Shown: piece after piece, positions 12,801-27,800 of the stretch
Numbering within the stretch: the stretch's first letter is position 1
How the letters are laid out: each line of letters begins with the position of its first letter
Assembly: GCF_036588685.1 (NCBI RefSeq)
Contig: NC_086382.1
Coordinates: forward strand, 54,374,001-54,438,000
From: Mytilus trossulus
Lineage: Eukaryota
Direction of reading: 5' to 3'
Length of the DNA: 64,000 nt
Made by a program: the position numbers and the translations under genes
The notes under the pieces: generated by a model
What the model was told of the DNA's origin: nothing
The model's database searches: none
Seen by the model: the letters and a program-made list of their open reading frames with translations, nothing else

Positions 12801-15800
12801 CAAATGCATATCTTTAGCTTATGGTTCTTCTAAGGCAGAACTTTTAAATAGTTTTAATGTTAAAGCTCATGATGTTAGGGGTATCTCTACATCCTGGGCT
12901 CTGTTTAACAGTGCATCTTTGGAAGAGGTACTGTCTGCAGGTTTCTGGAGAAATGAGAACTCTTTTATATCTCACTACCTCCAATCTATGGCTACTTTTG
13001 CCGAGAGTTTATACTCTCTTGGACCTATAGTTTCAGCACAAAGATTGAACTTTCCTCCTGTTTCTTCTGTTACAGGGGATTCAGCTTTACGTTAGATTCT
13101 GTTACTCAGAATTTATGATGGCAACGTATTTATAGCTATAAAATATTCAAATTTTAAAGTAAATTTGGATTTTATTAGATAAATACTTACCATCATAAAT
13201 TATAGGTCCCACCCACCTCCCCTTCATCCCCTTTCCTTATGTTTTCTGTCTTGAGGAAATTGAATGGAAGAATATGGGCAAAAAAGGGGTATATGTCCGG
13301 ACCAGTGAGAATACGTTTATTTTTAGTTGGGATTTTCCATCTGACCTATGACGCAATTGGGGTTACACTCAGAATTTATGATGGTAAGTATTTATCTAAT
13401 AAAATCCAAATTTACTTTAAAATTTGAATATTTTGTCTTGAAAAAGATAGGCGCGAAAAACGATACGTTTCTGACATAGCAACTGGTTTTCTAAGACAGT
13501 CCAATCAATATTTGATGCAGGGAAAAAGAAAATTATTCCCTTGCATAAAACAGAAAAAATATAACAAATTACATAGCACAAAAACGTTGCAATCAACAAC
13601 AAAAAGAACAAATAACAAAACTTTGGAGAATTGTGTAGTATAATACCGAGACATTCCAAATACTTTTCTTAGAAGTCGTACAACTTCCAAGATTATAAAC
13701 TTTGCTGTTTCTTGACTTCTTATTCTTACTCTGATTAAAAAATGAAATAAAAGTTATAAATTGTAACATCTTAACTCAACTCAAATTACACTGGAATATG
13801 CTTTCCAAGCAGGATACTCTCTTATATTTTACATTTTTACTGTTCTTATTTTAAAAATTTCAAATGAAATAATTCTATTTTCTACAAATTTAAGTGAAAT
13901 TTTCCATATGGATGTTTATCTAATCAAGCCATTCAAAGATATCAAATACTTCTGAATAAATCTATGTTCAAGATGGTATATTATATATGATGGTACTATT
14001 TTTCTTGTAATATATATCAAATCTCATCATAACCTCTAAATCTTCCTAAAAATGCATGAAATATTTGCCACTGGACTTTGACCAACCAACAATCAAGCAA
14101 TTCTTTCTGTATAGACCATTAATATAAGCTGTATTTAAATTGAATGTATTCTTGGTACATACTGCTTAGGATTGCGAGTAAGATTAACTATAAACAGCTT
14201 TAAATTAAGTAACTTTAAAAATATAGAGATATTTTCATTTGATTTTCATATCCTTCAGCTAATTATTGCTTTTTCATTTAGCAAAAAAGCAAAAGCCATC
14301 AATTCAAAATATCAATTCAGAAAAAAATTATAAGCAAAGAATACAAAAAAGTATGTATACAAGTTGAAGAATATTACTAGTAAAACTGAACATGTTAATT
14401 ATAAAGTTTATTAGTTTTTCATTGAAAAATATAACAGGGTTGATATTTAAGAAAAAATATATTGCATGTCACAAAAGGTAAATATTCTTGCGATTTTATC
14501 TACTAGTATGTCGTTGTCCTGTTTTATATTATGTATACTTTGACCGGGCCTTTGACCTCTTTCACTGAACAAGTCTTGGTTCTAACTAATTAGGCATTGT
14601 ACCATCTAAAATGAATGCAACTTGATGCTAAACTAGAGCTCTATTTCCTCAAAAGCTTCATGGCTTATGTCTATCATAACAACATACATCATTGACAATG
14701 AAATTCAATAGGGGTTATGACCTCCGTACATGCAAAAAATGCAGTGATTTTCATTAAGACTGGATGAAATCCTCACAGTTGATTGTGCCACTAATCTTTT
14801 ATCATTGTGAAATATTGTTGTTTTAATTCTAGAGGTCTGACATTTCTCTGACCTTTAAAAATATACAAGGGTCATTCTATATTGTGAAACCTTTTTTTCA
14901 TTTTCATTTTGTGAAGTTACATATTAAAGTAAAGCTCCTAGTTGTCTTCATATTCCATAAAGAGGTTCTGACTTTGTACCCTCTTAAACTTTTAAAGAAG
15001 GAAGAAAAAAGATTTAGGATTATTTAATAATTCATTAGAGGAATGCCAAAACAGGTTACGATTTTGTAGGTTCAGGCCAATTTATTAATGTGCTAGCATC
15101 TAACTTTTCTTTTTTCTTACACAGCAATCAAACCATGTGCATGCATTTTGTTATTTTAACACTTTATATACCCTTAATCCCTGAAAACAATAAAATAAAT
15201 ATATCATTTAATTGTGAAATAATTCTTTTTTACAACCTTGAATCTGTGTGCATCACGACTGCAATTTTGTGAAATCATGCAATTTTTTTCAAATACAACA
15301 TTTACATGTATAGTGTTGGTACAACCAGCACAAACCATTTTGATGACAAACATTCATTTTATCACATGTGCATATAGTTCCATATATCATCAATACAAAC
15401 GTATAACATAAAAGTAATATAAAATTGAATACAACATCTCTATACCTTCTTAGTTTCTGAGGTGGTTGGAGCAGAAACTTCATCCTTGCTCTAATTATAA
15501 ATATCATTAAAATAAAGTAAATGTATTTTTATTACCTTTTTAAATATTCAAATGGCTTTCTATTACTTCAGGGATCACATAATAATAGCAATTAATTGTC
15601 AAAATCTTATTGTTAAATTACTTTGTTAAGCCAACTATCCTAACTAACACCTTTAAGTCACCAAGTCATGATGAACATTTGTCTCTAAAAACACTCTAGA
15701 ATGCCACTTTAAAAACAAGGTTGTTTATAACATTTGATAAAGTATTACTAGTTTACTGCTAATATTTAAAGGTTAGTCAAGTTTTCTACGAAGGAGAACA

Positions 15801-18800
15801 AGAAATGAGGATGACCAAGTCTCAATATACTCCATTTCACTTTTATTCTGCTACCAAATATAAGACACAGCCTAATTCAGTAATGACAAAAACATTTTTT
15901 TTATAGATTTGTATAAATACTTGATAACCTTAATACTGCATCTTATAAATATTAATATGGCGTCCTCATTTCATTTCTCTTTGAAATTAGAATAACATTC
16001 TACTAAAACTCTTTTACTTGTTCATTGCTTTAAACACTGAACAAACTTACATAATGTTCTGTAAGTCTCTTATCTATCTTTGGTGGTGTGGTGCTCCTAA
16101 GACTAGGAGACAACATAGATTTACCACCAGCTCGAGAGCTTGTATTGGTCCTGTGTCCATCAGCACCTTTGCCAAATCCTATTTCATCAGTTGGTAGCTC
16201 ATCCTCGGGTGGGTTGGCTTCTTCTAATTTGACATCTGATATTGAACTGAACAGTGATCTGTTGAAAAAAAATGTTAAATTTTCAAAAATATAATTAAAT
16301 TTTCTCACAAATGAGTTTATTTCTTAAATTCTTTATAAAAAATAATACTTGACCATGAATTGTACCTTTTTAGTAGACTAAAAATATAAATACAAAACTG
16401 TCACTTCAATTCAAAAGTTGAAATATTCAAGTTTACTCTAACAGTAGTTAACCTGAGGTCTGGACTAAACATTTGCTTGACACGTATTAGATAAATATAC
16501 ATTGAGGGAATGTCCTGTAGTTATGGTGATGGATTATGAACTTACCTTAGGTGTGGTCTGACTGACTCCATGTCTGCTGGACGACTCAGGATTGACAATA
16601 GAATAGGATCAGAGACAAAGTAAAATCTAGGGAAAGCCCTCCTCTTGTTGTCTAGATATACCATCAGTGATTTAAAACAGATCTCTAACTCATCATAGAT
16701 AATCTTATAATGGAGGACCTTAGATCCTTCTCCTCCACCATGGCAACACTGTAAATAAAAACAAAGTATTTCACAAATCTACTAAAAATGTGGATTGTTG
16801 TATACCCCTTCCAATATGCTTTTTTTTGTACTTTGACTGACAAGCTTTCTCTTTTGTAACTTAATTTATTTAAAAAAATTTTTAGTTTGGGTTTGGTCTA
16901 CAGCTTAGCATATTGTATAGATGCCTGTCTACTATTGAACAATGTATGCTGACCTCTTGGGTCAGTGTTTTTTTCTGGGCACTCCGACTTCCTCCACCAA
17001 TAAAACTGGCGGCCATGAAATAGCCCAAAAGTAGTGCTTATAATTGGTGTAAAAATACAGAAAATCAATCAACTGTTGATCTCTAATTGTATTTAGCTAA
17101 TTGCTTTCTCATCTATTTAGCTCATAATTCATGTTCAGGTGGTACCCAACACCTTAACTAAAATTAATTTGGCTCGTTTAATTTACTTAAAATTTTAACA
17201 AAGTATTTACCCTCTGACAAAAATATAAAAATTTCAAAAAATTTGAACCAACCGTTTTATCAGAAAATAATCACTGGTTATATAGCAGTTTGATAAACAC
17301 TTATTTTGATCATTGAGAAGCTCAATATTCCCCTAACAACACAATGTAATTACAATGTTTAGCTGATTTTACAGAGTTATCTCCCTGCAGTGAAAGGTAC
17401 CATCTTAATTCTCATTTTCTTTTTATACAAAAACCCATAAATGACTGTTGACATAACCACCTTATTAAAACTCTAGTTAAACTATTCCATCATATCAGGT
17501 TAACCATCCTATGTTAAAGTTTACAGAATCAATTATCATACCTGAAGAACATTCCTTGTATCAAATGCCTTTTTCATCAGTTTCATCCAAGTTTTATCTA
17601 CTCTGGTAAATCTTTTAGCTTCTTGAGGCAGTTCCTAAACAAGAGAAAACGATCTATATGACTTTTCGTCAACAATGTACTGAAATTCTGATTATTTTTT
17701 ATAATATACTTCATAAGTCTTCGCCAATCTATCAAAATTTTCATATTTATAAGATTATGAAAAACTTACAGCAAAAGCCAATTTACCATAAAGAAGATAA
17801 AGTGAAACAAAAGAAGTCAAAACTTATGAAAGTCAATAAAAATATCAAAATACTTGTAGATGTCTGTAAAACAGTTTAGCTTTTACTATTAGTATTGTTT
17901 AAAATTACTAAATGCTACTTAAAAATTACATAAAAAAAATAATAAAATGAACATCAGCTGTTAAAAATCAAATTTAGAAGTTTTTAAAGTTATATTTGAC
18001 CATAACATGTACAGAATATAACTTTAATCAATCTATAAAGGTTAACCATTCATACTGATGAAAACCAGTTCTTAATTCAATAGTAATGTAAACAAACCCT
18101 AGCCGCAGCAACATTAGTGAAGACAGCTTCCAAATACTGCCATAAATCTTGTACTTCTAACCACAATTCTAACACTTCAGCTACTTCCTTTAGTTTGACT
18201 GCCAGAGATGCTGTTTCTGTTCTCAATGGAGCTATATATTTAGATGTTAACATGTTAGCCAGTAAAGCCTGAGAATCTTCTAACTGTTCTAATAGTCTCT
18301 CAGTAAAGGCTTTGTCTAGGTACATGGGTCCACGTTTCTTGTAATGTTCAAATGCTAACACTTGTTCTGTCCATTCTTCCTCTGTCACTTTCATTTTGAT
18401 CTCTAATTCTAACTCTCTGGCTGCACCATGACAGATTTCTTCTATTTCTGTTTTATGTCTGCAAAATTTCAATCAAATTTTATAATAACAAAGAAAATAC
18501 ATCATGGAATATATTAATTTCATGCTATATCAAATTGTGTTTATTCTTATGATTAGAAAAACAAAATAATGCCAATGAGGATGACAAAAAAAAATCTTGC
18601 TTATAGCTATTTCTTCATTTACAGTTGAGATAATGTGAAACAATATTCATATTAATCATAATTTTCCTTATTCCTTAACATGAAATGAAATTCGCTGTTT
18701 TAGAATTTAATAAAATTGAGAAGGGAAATGGGGAATGTGCCAAAGAGACAAAAGCTGACCATAGAGCAGACAACTAATGCATTCTGGGTTATATTCTCAA

Positions 18801-21800
18801 AAGCCTGCACCAAAATGTTGTGATTGGTTTATAACGTTCTAATCGATGGAAATTCAACCATTGACGTAAATGTTTATTCCATTTCGGTGTACAACAATGA
18901 AATTACCTATAGTCCTTTAGATTTTATAAAGTGAATAAAACATACATTGACTTCTAGATATTTCTAAAAAAAATTCAAGCTGTAGGGTTGCTATCTGATT
19001 GACATATACAATTTATCTCCAGTTAACGACAGAGGAGGTTTTGTGGTTGTAATGGTATGAGTTTCCTGACTGAATAAAATTGAGAATGGAAATGGGGAAT
19101 GTGTCAAAGAGACAACAACCCGACCAAAATAAAAAAACACAACAGCAGAAGGTCACCAACAGGTCTTCAATGTAGCGAGAAATTCCCGCACCCGGAGGCG
19201 TCCTTCAGCTGGCCCCTAAACAAATATATACTAGTTCAGTGATAATGAACGCCATACTAATTTCCAAATTGTACACAAGAAACTAAAATTTAAATAATAC
19301 AAGACTAACAAAGGCCAGAGGCTGGGACAGGCGCAAAAATGCGGCGGGGTTAAACATGTTTGTGAGATCTCAACCCTCCCCCTATACCTCTAACCAGTGT
19401 AGAAAAGTAAAAGCATAACAATACGCACATTAAAATGAATGTTCATTTTTAAAACACTTTAATACCACACTTCATATAATAATTATCAAAGATACCACGC
19501 TTATAATTGTAATAAAGGTCAATGCCTACACCTGATATACAAAAACATAAATCTCTTTATTCATAAAAAAAAACTTACTTGATTAATTCTATCTCTAAAA
19601 GATGTTTTAATTTGAACACATTGGCTTCTAATGGGAATGAACTGTGTGTGACAAACATAACTCTGGACCAATGTCGATTTCTTATTTCCTGAAAGTACAC
19701 AAAATTGTTAGCTTCTACGAACCATAAGTAGTCAAATTGCTTCTACGAACCATAAGTAGTCAAATTTACATTTATAGGTTAACGAAACATAAATAAACAA
19801 ATTAGCGTAAGCACAGCATACTTCATATTTTGAATTCAGAAATTATTTTCTTTCCTTGTTCAATGGATCTGTGAACACAGCTTAAATTCAAATTATTTCA
19901 TATCCTTAAAATATTTCAATTGTAAAGAGGCCCAACTAAGGATCCAATCACACATTCTATGATTTCTGGGAGTCAAAATAACTTTTTCTTTCTGTTTGAT
20001 ATTCATATAAAATGTTGTGAATGTATTTTGTATTATTCAATTGTTGTTTTTGTTTGTTTTTGGTTTCTTTTCTTTATCAATATATATAATAAAGTATACG
20101 CTAAAGACAAAATACATATTTTATTCCTCCAACAGAACAAACTATTTATGAACATAACCAAAAGGGTCAAACTATTTTTTCAATAACTGAACATAGTTAT
20201 CAAAGGTATCAGGATTATAATTTTCAGTATATTTTATATAAAAAAAAGAATATGTACAAAAAAAAAGATGGTTTGGGTTTTCCTTCTAGTAACAGAAATC
20301 CCTACATTTTATCCTACCACTGCAAACATTAAGATTAAGGATTCTAACAGCTAAGTAAGTTGAACATATACACCACTCTATACAGAACTTAAAGACTTGA
20401 CAAGTCCACAATATCTGTTATTTCAACATAAATAAAAACAAATTCATGAGTCTTATTTTCAGCTAAACAGTTAAACATGCATTTTAAGCAGACATTAACA
20501 TGTTTTCATTTCAATGAAACATTATTAGATTTGAAAAAATGGCCAATTTTCAAATTAAAATGTTGAATGATCCATCCTCATATTTTCTTGTGCAAATTTG
20601 ATAGTCTCCATGTCAATTCTTTTCTTATTGCTATAAGTCCTAAATAATCAAATTATTTGTTGCCTGTTGACTCCTTTATTCTTCTGCATTGTTGTATTCC
20701 TCCAATTTCTACATCGCTGACTTCCCCCTACACATACTTATTTTTTTTTTGATAATGAAGCAGATATTTTTAAGAAATGTTTGAAGCAATTTAAGATGAT
20801 GAATCAAGTAGACCCATAGTTACAACAAACCAATCAAACACACCCATACTTACAGCTATATCATATTTCTCATCTCTCTGTTTAAGGTACACATATTATA
20901 AGATGGTGCATATAAATATAGTGGTATAAGCAAAACTATCACAACTGCAAAATGTGTGTGCTCTGAAATCTATGTTAATCAATTTACCATAGAATGTATT
21001 AATAATCATTTTTGTATTAAATTTCAATTGAAAAAGTGAATATGTAAAGGTGTATTATGTACTGTAAATTCAGAAATTATTGTGTGCATTTCTTAATCGA
21101 ATATTATCATTTTAGCTTAATTAAAATGTGATTTTAATTTTTGCGATATTGAGAAAAATCCTGTTTAATTCATATAAAATATTTCAAAATGAAAGTTTCA
21201 ATCATTGCGAGTATAACCCTACTGCATTTTTAGCAATAATAAAAACATCACAATAATTTCTGATTTACAGTAATCCTTTCACAGATGGTCAACATTTGAA
21301 ATATATTTTTATCTTTGATGAACAAATCAAGTTTTATGTATTTTACCTTAGAATTAAGTGCCTTGAGAAGAGGGAATACTTCTAAGTAAGTCTGTAGAGA
21401 AGTCTTCAGATCATTATATGCATCTTTATCCTTCAGTTTACTGGGTAGAGCCAAACATTCATCCCAGTATCCTTCAACCTAAAACATACAATTCTTTATT
21501 TTATATCATATCAAGCCTGTAGACAGGATGTCTCTGAGGAAGGGGGTATTAGATGTCATGATGCTCAGACTATCATAGTCAAACTTCAATCTGAAACCCA
21601 ACTTCAAGGATGTTTGCTACTCTGTTTTCATTGGGGATAAATACAAAACGCCTTGTCTAAATTGTGTATAGATAAATATTTTTCCTAAAAAATGGTATCC
21701 TTTTACAATTTAAAAAAAAAACTTTGAGCAAAACTTTAAAGTAGTGCCTTTATATAACAGCTTCCAGAAAAATGTGGATTCCTACTTAAAGTAAGTAAAC

Positions 21801-24800
21801 CAATAAACTTTATAATATATTCTTACCTCAATATGAGCAGCTTCAAGATCAACATCAGCCCATAATGTATCTTTAAACCTGTTGTCAAATCTAATGAACT
21901 TCTGAAACAGTCCATATAACTGGTTCAACAGATGTAATTCTTCTCCTGTCTTATCAAGTTCAATGAAAGGTTTACATATAATACCAAATAGTTTAGATAC
22001 AGAGTCCAGAGTCTTTCTCTTCAGATCGAATAAAACATAACTCTGTTGGAAGAAATCGAGACGAGAGACAGCCTCGGATGGAGGTATTCCTGGAACCATT
22101 GGACCTTGTCCATCAAAATCATTTCTGAACCGCAACACTTCTACATTGAAAGACTGAAAATAAAATAAATAAGTATTCATAAATTAGAAATAAAGCAATT
22201 GTAAGGTATATTCATTGAATAAAGCAATTGTAAGGTATATTCATTGAATAAAGCAATTGTAAGGTATATTCATTGAATAAAGCAATTGTAAGGTATATTC
22301 ATTGAATAAAGCAATTGTAAGGTATATTCATTGAAATAATCACCAGACAATGCAACAAAATTACCATAAATAAAATTAGAGGCTATTATAAATCTCCAAC
22401 CACAGACATGTGTACATAAATTATGTACATTCTAATTTGCCACTCGACTAGCCATGTTGTCAATAAAACCATAACTGATACTCTTTAGTAATTTTAGACA
22501 TATTTTTTTCAATTACATGTTTCACTATTTAATTTATTTGATAATGTCATGGAAATTTTTAATTGTGAATATTTGATTTCATGTTTCAGACTTTTCCTAT
22601 TAACTACACAGCCACAGTATAACAAGTCATCAAGAAGTAAAGAAGACATTTATGTTCATAGTCTTTGCTATGATGCAGGATATTTTGTATTTACCTTGAC
22701 TTGTTTATCCAGTTCTTGTTCAAATGTTCCTCTCTTTTCTATCAACAGATTATGTCTGACTTCCTCTGCCAATTCCATTAATTCTTGCCACTTGTCCCGT
22801 AACTGATCTACTTCCTCAACTTCATTACGGGGTAATCTCAGTTCAAATTCTCTGTAATAATAATAAGACATTATGTACTACTTGGAATTAAAGTTAAGAA
22901 CTTTCACTATTTTTATAAAGCATTTTCTATAATTTGATCACAATAGTAGAGAAAAAACATTTAAAAAAATGTGTATAGATATAAGAAGATGTGGTAAGAG
23001 TGCCAATGAGACAACTCTCCATCCAATGTATTTTTTTTATAGATTTCTATTTAAAGTGTCTCTTCTAGATAATTTCCAAAGGGTCCTTCACCCTATTAGG
23101 GACAACATCAAAAGATCAATGTAAGATAAAAAAAAAATGAATTCAAATAGTTTGGGGGTGGGGGCAGTGAAAAAAACTATTTGAATTAAGTGTTGTATCC
23201 TTCATTGTCGTCCCTTATGCCTTTCCCATTACCTTTATGTCCTAAAATCTGACCTGAAATATGTTTCTGCTGTTTTTAAATTCATTTGAAATAATAGTAT
23301 GTATTAAAGTACACAGTTAGATGTTTCAAAAAGGATTAAAATATAGTATCTTACCTTAGTTTGGCATACATAGTTTCTATAGGCAAATAAATTCCATCTA
23401 TTTTGTTTTCCATATCTCTGAGCTCTTCCAGTAAATGTAAGGCACTATTTAATTGGTCCAATGATAACACATCTAATTCTAATCTATTACGTACATTAGA
23501 CCTGTACAATACAGCACTATCTAGTTTTTTCTTGGCTTCTTCATGTAAAACAGAAGCAAAATGACTCTTCCATTGCATGGCAAATCCATGTAAAGCATCT
23601 TTAATGGGGTCAGTTTTCAGACAAATAGGACCAACAGGTAGGATTTCAGGTATGGCGAGAACCTTCTTTTCTATGTACAGGTATCTCTCAACCTCTCGTT
23701 TGATGGCAAACATGCCAGGATCTGATTGCATGAACTCCTTGAAGTTGCCATGTAAATCATCTTTCCAGAGAAAATCATAGTAACTAAAGTGGAAGATATG
23801 TTTGTTGATCACTGGTTCTACATCTGTAAAGTAGTAAAATATTATATATCTGCTAAAATTATATCAGGATTTCTGAGTTTTAATGTTAAATTAAAATTTT
23901 ATTTTATCAATTACCTCAATTCTAATGAAAGGAGTAGGTCCGGTTAGGACCGATTTTGGCCTCAAATTTCAGTTTCATCTGACGAAAGATTTTGACCACT
24001 TTTTAAACACTTTAAAAGTGTCTATTTCATTTGATTCAATTATTTTTTGTGAAAGATTTTAACTCATTTAGTCATAAAAAACGATCCGATTCAAGCTAAA
24101 ATATGAAAAATCTACCAAATATGCGAAAAAAAGGTCAATATTTTGGATGAACACGAATGCGGCCACTTTCGTTTTACACGGAAACTGTCTAAAATGTAAC
24201 TAAAATGCTTGAATTTTGATGATTTCGGTGATTTAGCACGACTTAATGGTGCTAGTTCTCAATATATGTGCATTGTATTGCCAAAAACAGCCAATATTTA
24301 TGTAGCAGAACCATTCTACTATCCAATAAATAACTAAAAGTTTACATTTTGACAAATTTGTAAAACTGCTATATTTTGGGGCCAAAAAGGGCTCTTACCG
24401 GACCTACTCCTTTAGTGAAACTTAAAAACTAATATCTACCTTCCATTAGATGTGTGACCTGTGTTAAATTTGAGTTAATTTTGGTTCTTTAACTATATTC
24501 TACATAATGTGTGAGCTGTGTCATAATTTTTTTTATTAATGTCTAATTCCTTTTACATACCTTCTACGATGTGTGTTAGCTGTGTCAACATTTGATTTAC
24601 TTCTGCATCTGAAGTAATTCTGTCATGGAAGTCATAAACTCTGTCCCTCTCTACCCAGGTAACCTCTAAAAAGGGATGTCATAACTGTTTATATCTGTCT
24701 GATTAGGTAAGCATTAAAATCATTAATGGAATTACGGAATTCTATGTAAAAATACAAAGTATACACAGATGTAATGCCTCCAGTACACTTATTGTATGAA

Positions 24801-27800
24801 CATTTGTCCTACAGTGATAATAAAAGGTTGACCTTCAAGTATCTATTTTTTTTCCAATCATTTTGTTGATTTTAGCCTCATCTTTATTCTACATATCTTC
24901 TGGCTCAATGTTATGCATTTCAACTGTATGCTTCCAACTTGAACATTTTTTTTAAAAATGGACAGAATGATTTTTTATCAATGAATTATTTAATATTTTG
25001 TGAGGATTCTTCCTATGGCATTTGACAAGCCCCATTATAAAAGCTAACCTCTACAAGATTCTACAACAGCTGAAGCCACATCATTAATGGCTGTCTGGGC
25101 CGTGTCTAGTGTTGGTTGTACTGCTATCACTGGAATATTAAAACCAACTTCTATCTCAAATCTGAAAGGACAAATGTTTTAAAATCAATTTCATTAATGC
25201 AAGATTTTATTATACACAGTGCAAATTGATAGAATTTCTATTGAAAAATGTTTCAATATTGCTAATGTGTAATGAATTATAGAAGATGATATTGTAAAAG
25301 CAGCATCAGTTTATTTAAACAGACATGGGCAATCATTGACAGTCAACATATTTTCCGTACCTATGTCATTGTTTATCATCTTATCCTATTTATTTTTAGC
25401 AAAAGGCGCTACTCATCAGTCCAGACCTTGTAAGCACATTACAGAAGGCTATCAGGGATAATCTTTAGTATAAATTTCTTTATTAAAACCATACTGTTTT
25501 AAATATGAACAATAATAATGTTAATATATGTGTTCTGCTACAAAAATGATGTACTTACTGTAGATAAGTGAGATCATTTGTTTTCTCTGTAGTCCAAGTC
25601 ATATTGGATAATGCTGACATACTGGTATTGGGTCTTTCTGTCATAGCAGACGACACCCTACTCATAGCAGAAGCAGCTCTACTGGTACGACGAGGACTAG
25701 TGTTTGGTGAGTATGTAGGATTAGACAATACACTGGCAGTTCTTAGTTCTTCTTCTGAACAACTTGTAGAATCTACTAAAGCTGACAGAGATCTCTTAGT
25801 GGCAGTCAGAACAGCTTCATATACTTGTTCTTTGTAAAAGGCTAAAATATATAACAAATCAAATTATAGCTTTTTCTAAACAAACCATAGGGGATAATAA
25901 CATGTTTCATTAAATAAAATTCATTTAGACAGAAAGTACATTTTTTTAGTTTGATTTTTGACTGATTTTTATGTCAAAGTAAATGTTGGAGAAACAGGAC
26001 TACAATGACCTTCATTCTTTGATTCATTTAAAAAAAAAAAACATGCATAAGTAATTACAAAATATCCATGAAAATGTGAAAAAAAATCCAAACTGTGACT
26101 CCTGAACAATTCTTTAAAAGAATCAAAATTGGCAAACCTGTGAATATGAATAGTCTGCTTAACTAAGCATGGTCTTTAAAATTATCTCACAAATAATGGA
26201 CATATTAAACCTGTAATCTATCAATAATATTTCAACATACATATAAGATTGGAAATGAATTTCTCTTCCTCTGCAGCTCTCTGTTTTTCTTTCATGGCTT
26301 CAGTGTCATCTACCATCAATGCTAGTTTCTTTGCCTTTGGGTTGTGATGTTCCAACTACAAGGGAGACAAATCAGATTGTTTTTTACAACTCATTTTCGT
26401 TACAGTACAACTTATTGTCTATTTAATGATACGATATACACCACAAAGTCATTTTTTGTACAATTTAGACGTAGCTGCTGTCTGAGCAGGTTCCAAATTC
26501 TTTAACTAGCTTAAAACTTGTCAATAAATACCTATTTGTGAAGTCATCCCCCAAACATTGCTGTTTTAATGACAACAACTTATATTTTTACCAGCATTAT
26601 AAAATATAGTTTTTCCAATACCACCTTCCCATAAAGTCTGTTAAGATGAAGGAAGAATTTGTTGTTTCAATATATCTTATACAATGCAGAAAATAAATTT
26701 TTAACAATTACTAAACTTAAAATTATTTTTTTTACATGCAACTGTATAAAATGTTCAAAAATATAAATGTTAAAAAATTTAAAAATTTAATTCTTAAAAC
26801 TTTCTATTCTACAATATAACAATACACATTAGGACTCCTGTGGACACATAGAAATGTCTCAAATTCAAAATTTAATTAAATGTTTTACTATTGTATAGAT
26901 GTTAGTAATCTTATGTTAACACTATAAGTATAATTTTAGCAATTTTATTATTTTAAATTATAACATTTCTATCTAGAATGATTAATATTTCTAAATTTAA
27001 ACGAATTGGTAAAGTCTGTTAAAAATTTGGGAAAAATAAGTATGTGTCAGTATATTATATGCTTTTATTTCACTTTCAGTTTTAAGCCCAGACTACTTTG
27101 AAACTCACATGTGCATGATTTTCTTTCATACTGAACAGCTATACAGAAATCAAATGAATGTGTTACAGAAGATAAAAGCTGTGATGTGAGCAATAAAATT
27201 TCAACATAATTCCATCATTTGTTCCTCTTATTAATAGACGTATTTATAGATTATCGGTGATCATCTCAACGAGATTGATTTTCTCGCTTGAGCTGGTACA
27301 GCGAAAGTGAGAAAAGCAATCGTGTTGAGATGACCAATGATAATCTGTTTATCGCTATTTTACCTATGACGACGTTGTCAATTTCAATGTCAATTTCATT
27401 AGCAACGGCCACGTGGCTCCTTAGTTTCTAGCGATAACTCAACAACTCAAGCGAGAAGAATGATATGAAAATTATCACAAAAAAAGATCAAAGGAAAAAT
27501 GCACAAAATAGCGATAATCACACTTGTATGCAAATTTGCCTGCCATTACGTAAAATCACACAGGTTCCTAAAACTTTGACATCATAATTTAAAACTGATT
27601 GTTACTTAACATTAAAAGGTGATTTGGAGTCAATCTAAGGTCATTCTGAGGCAAGATACATCTAAATATCAAAAGTGTAAATACGTTTATGGATGCCACA
27701 CATATTTTGGATTGAGACTGTAGCCAGGGTTTTATCAGAACCATAAGATTAACTTTGTATTAATTCATAGACTTTTGTTAGTAACTAAAAAAGAGAAGTT

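Larger units (their letters stand above)
7876..13434 (+). mobile_element. Full-length DIRS1-type tyrosine-recombinase retrotransposon in the dynein intron between exons 28 and 29
   Basis: Inverted terminal repeats at 7876-8027 and 13255-13434 (right one has an extension); internal complementary region 13104-13201; gag-like, RT-RNaseH-MTase and YR ORFs; TTTT at both ends. Confidence 0.96.

Noticed and set aside
13435-13490. Possible 78-nt dynein cassette exon split by the DIRS insertion (reconstructed empty site is open in frame)
   Set aside because: Poor polypyrimidine tract and weak donor (CAA|GTTTTA); not supportable without RNA data.
25395-25430. CTGATGAG hammerhead-like core on the minus strand
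   Set aside because: No GAAA after stem II and no proper stems I/III.
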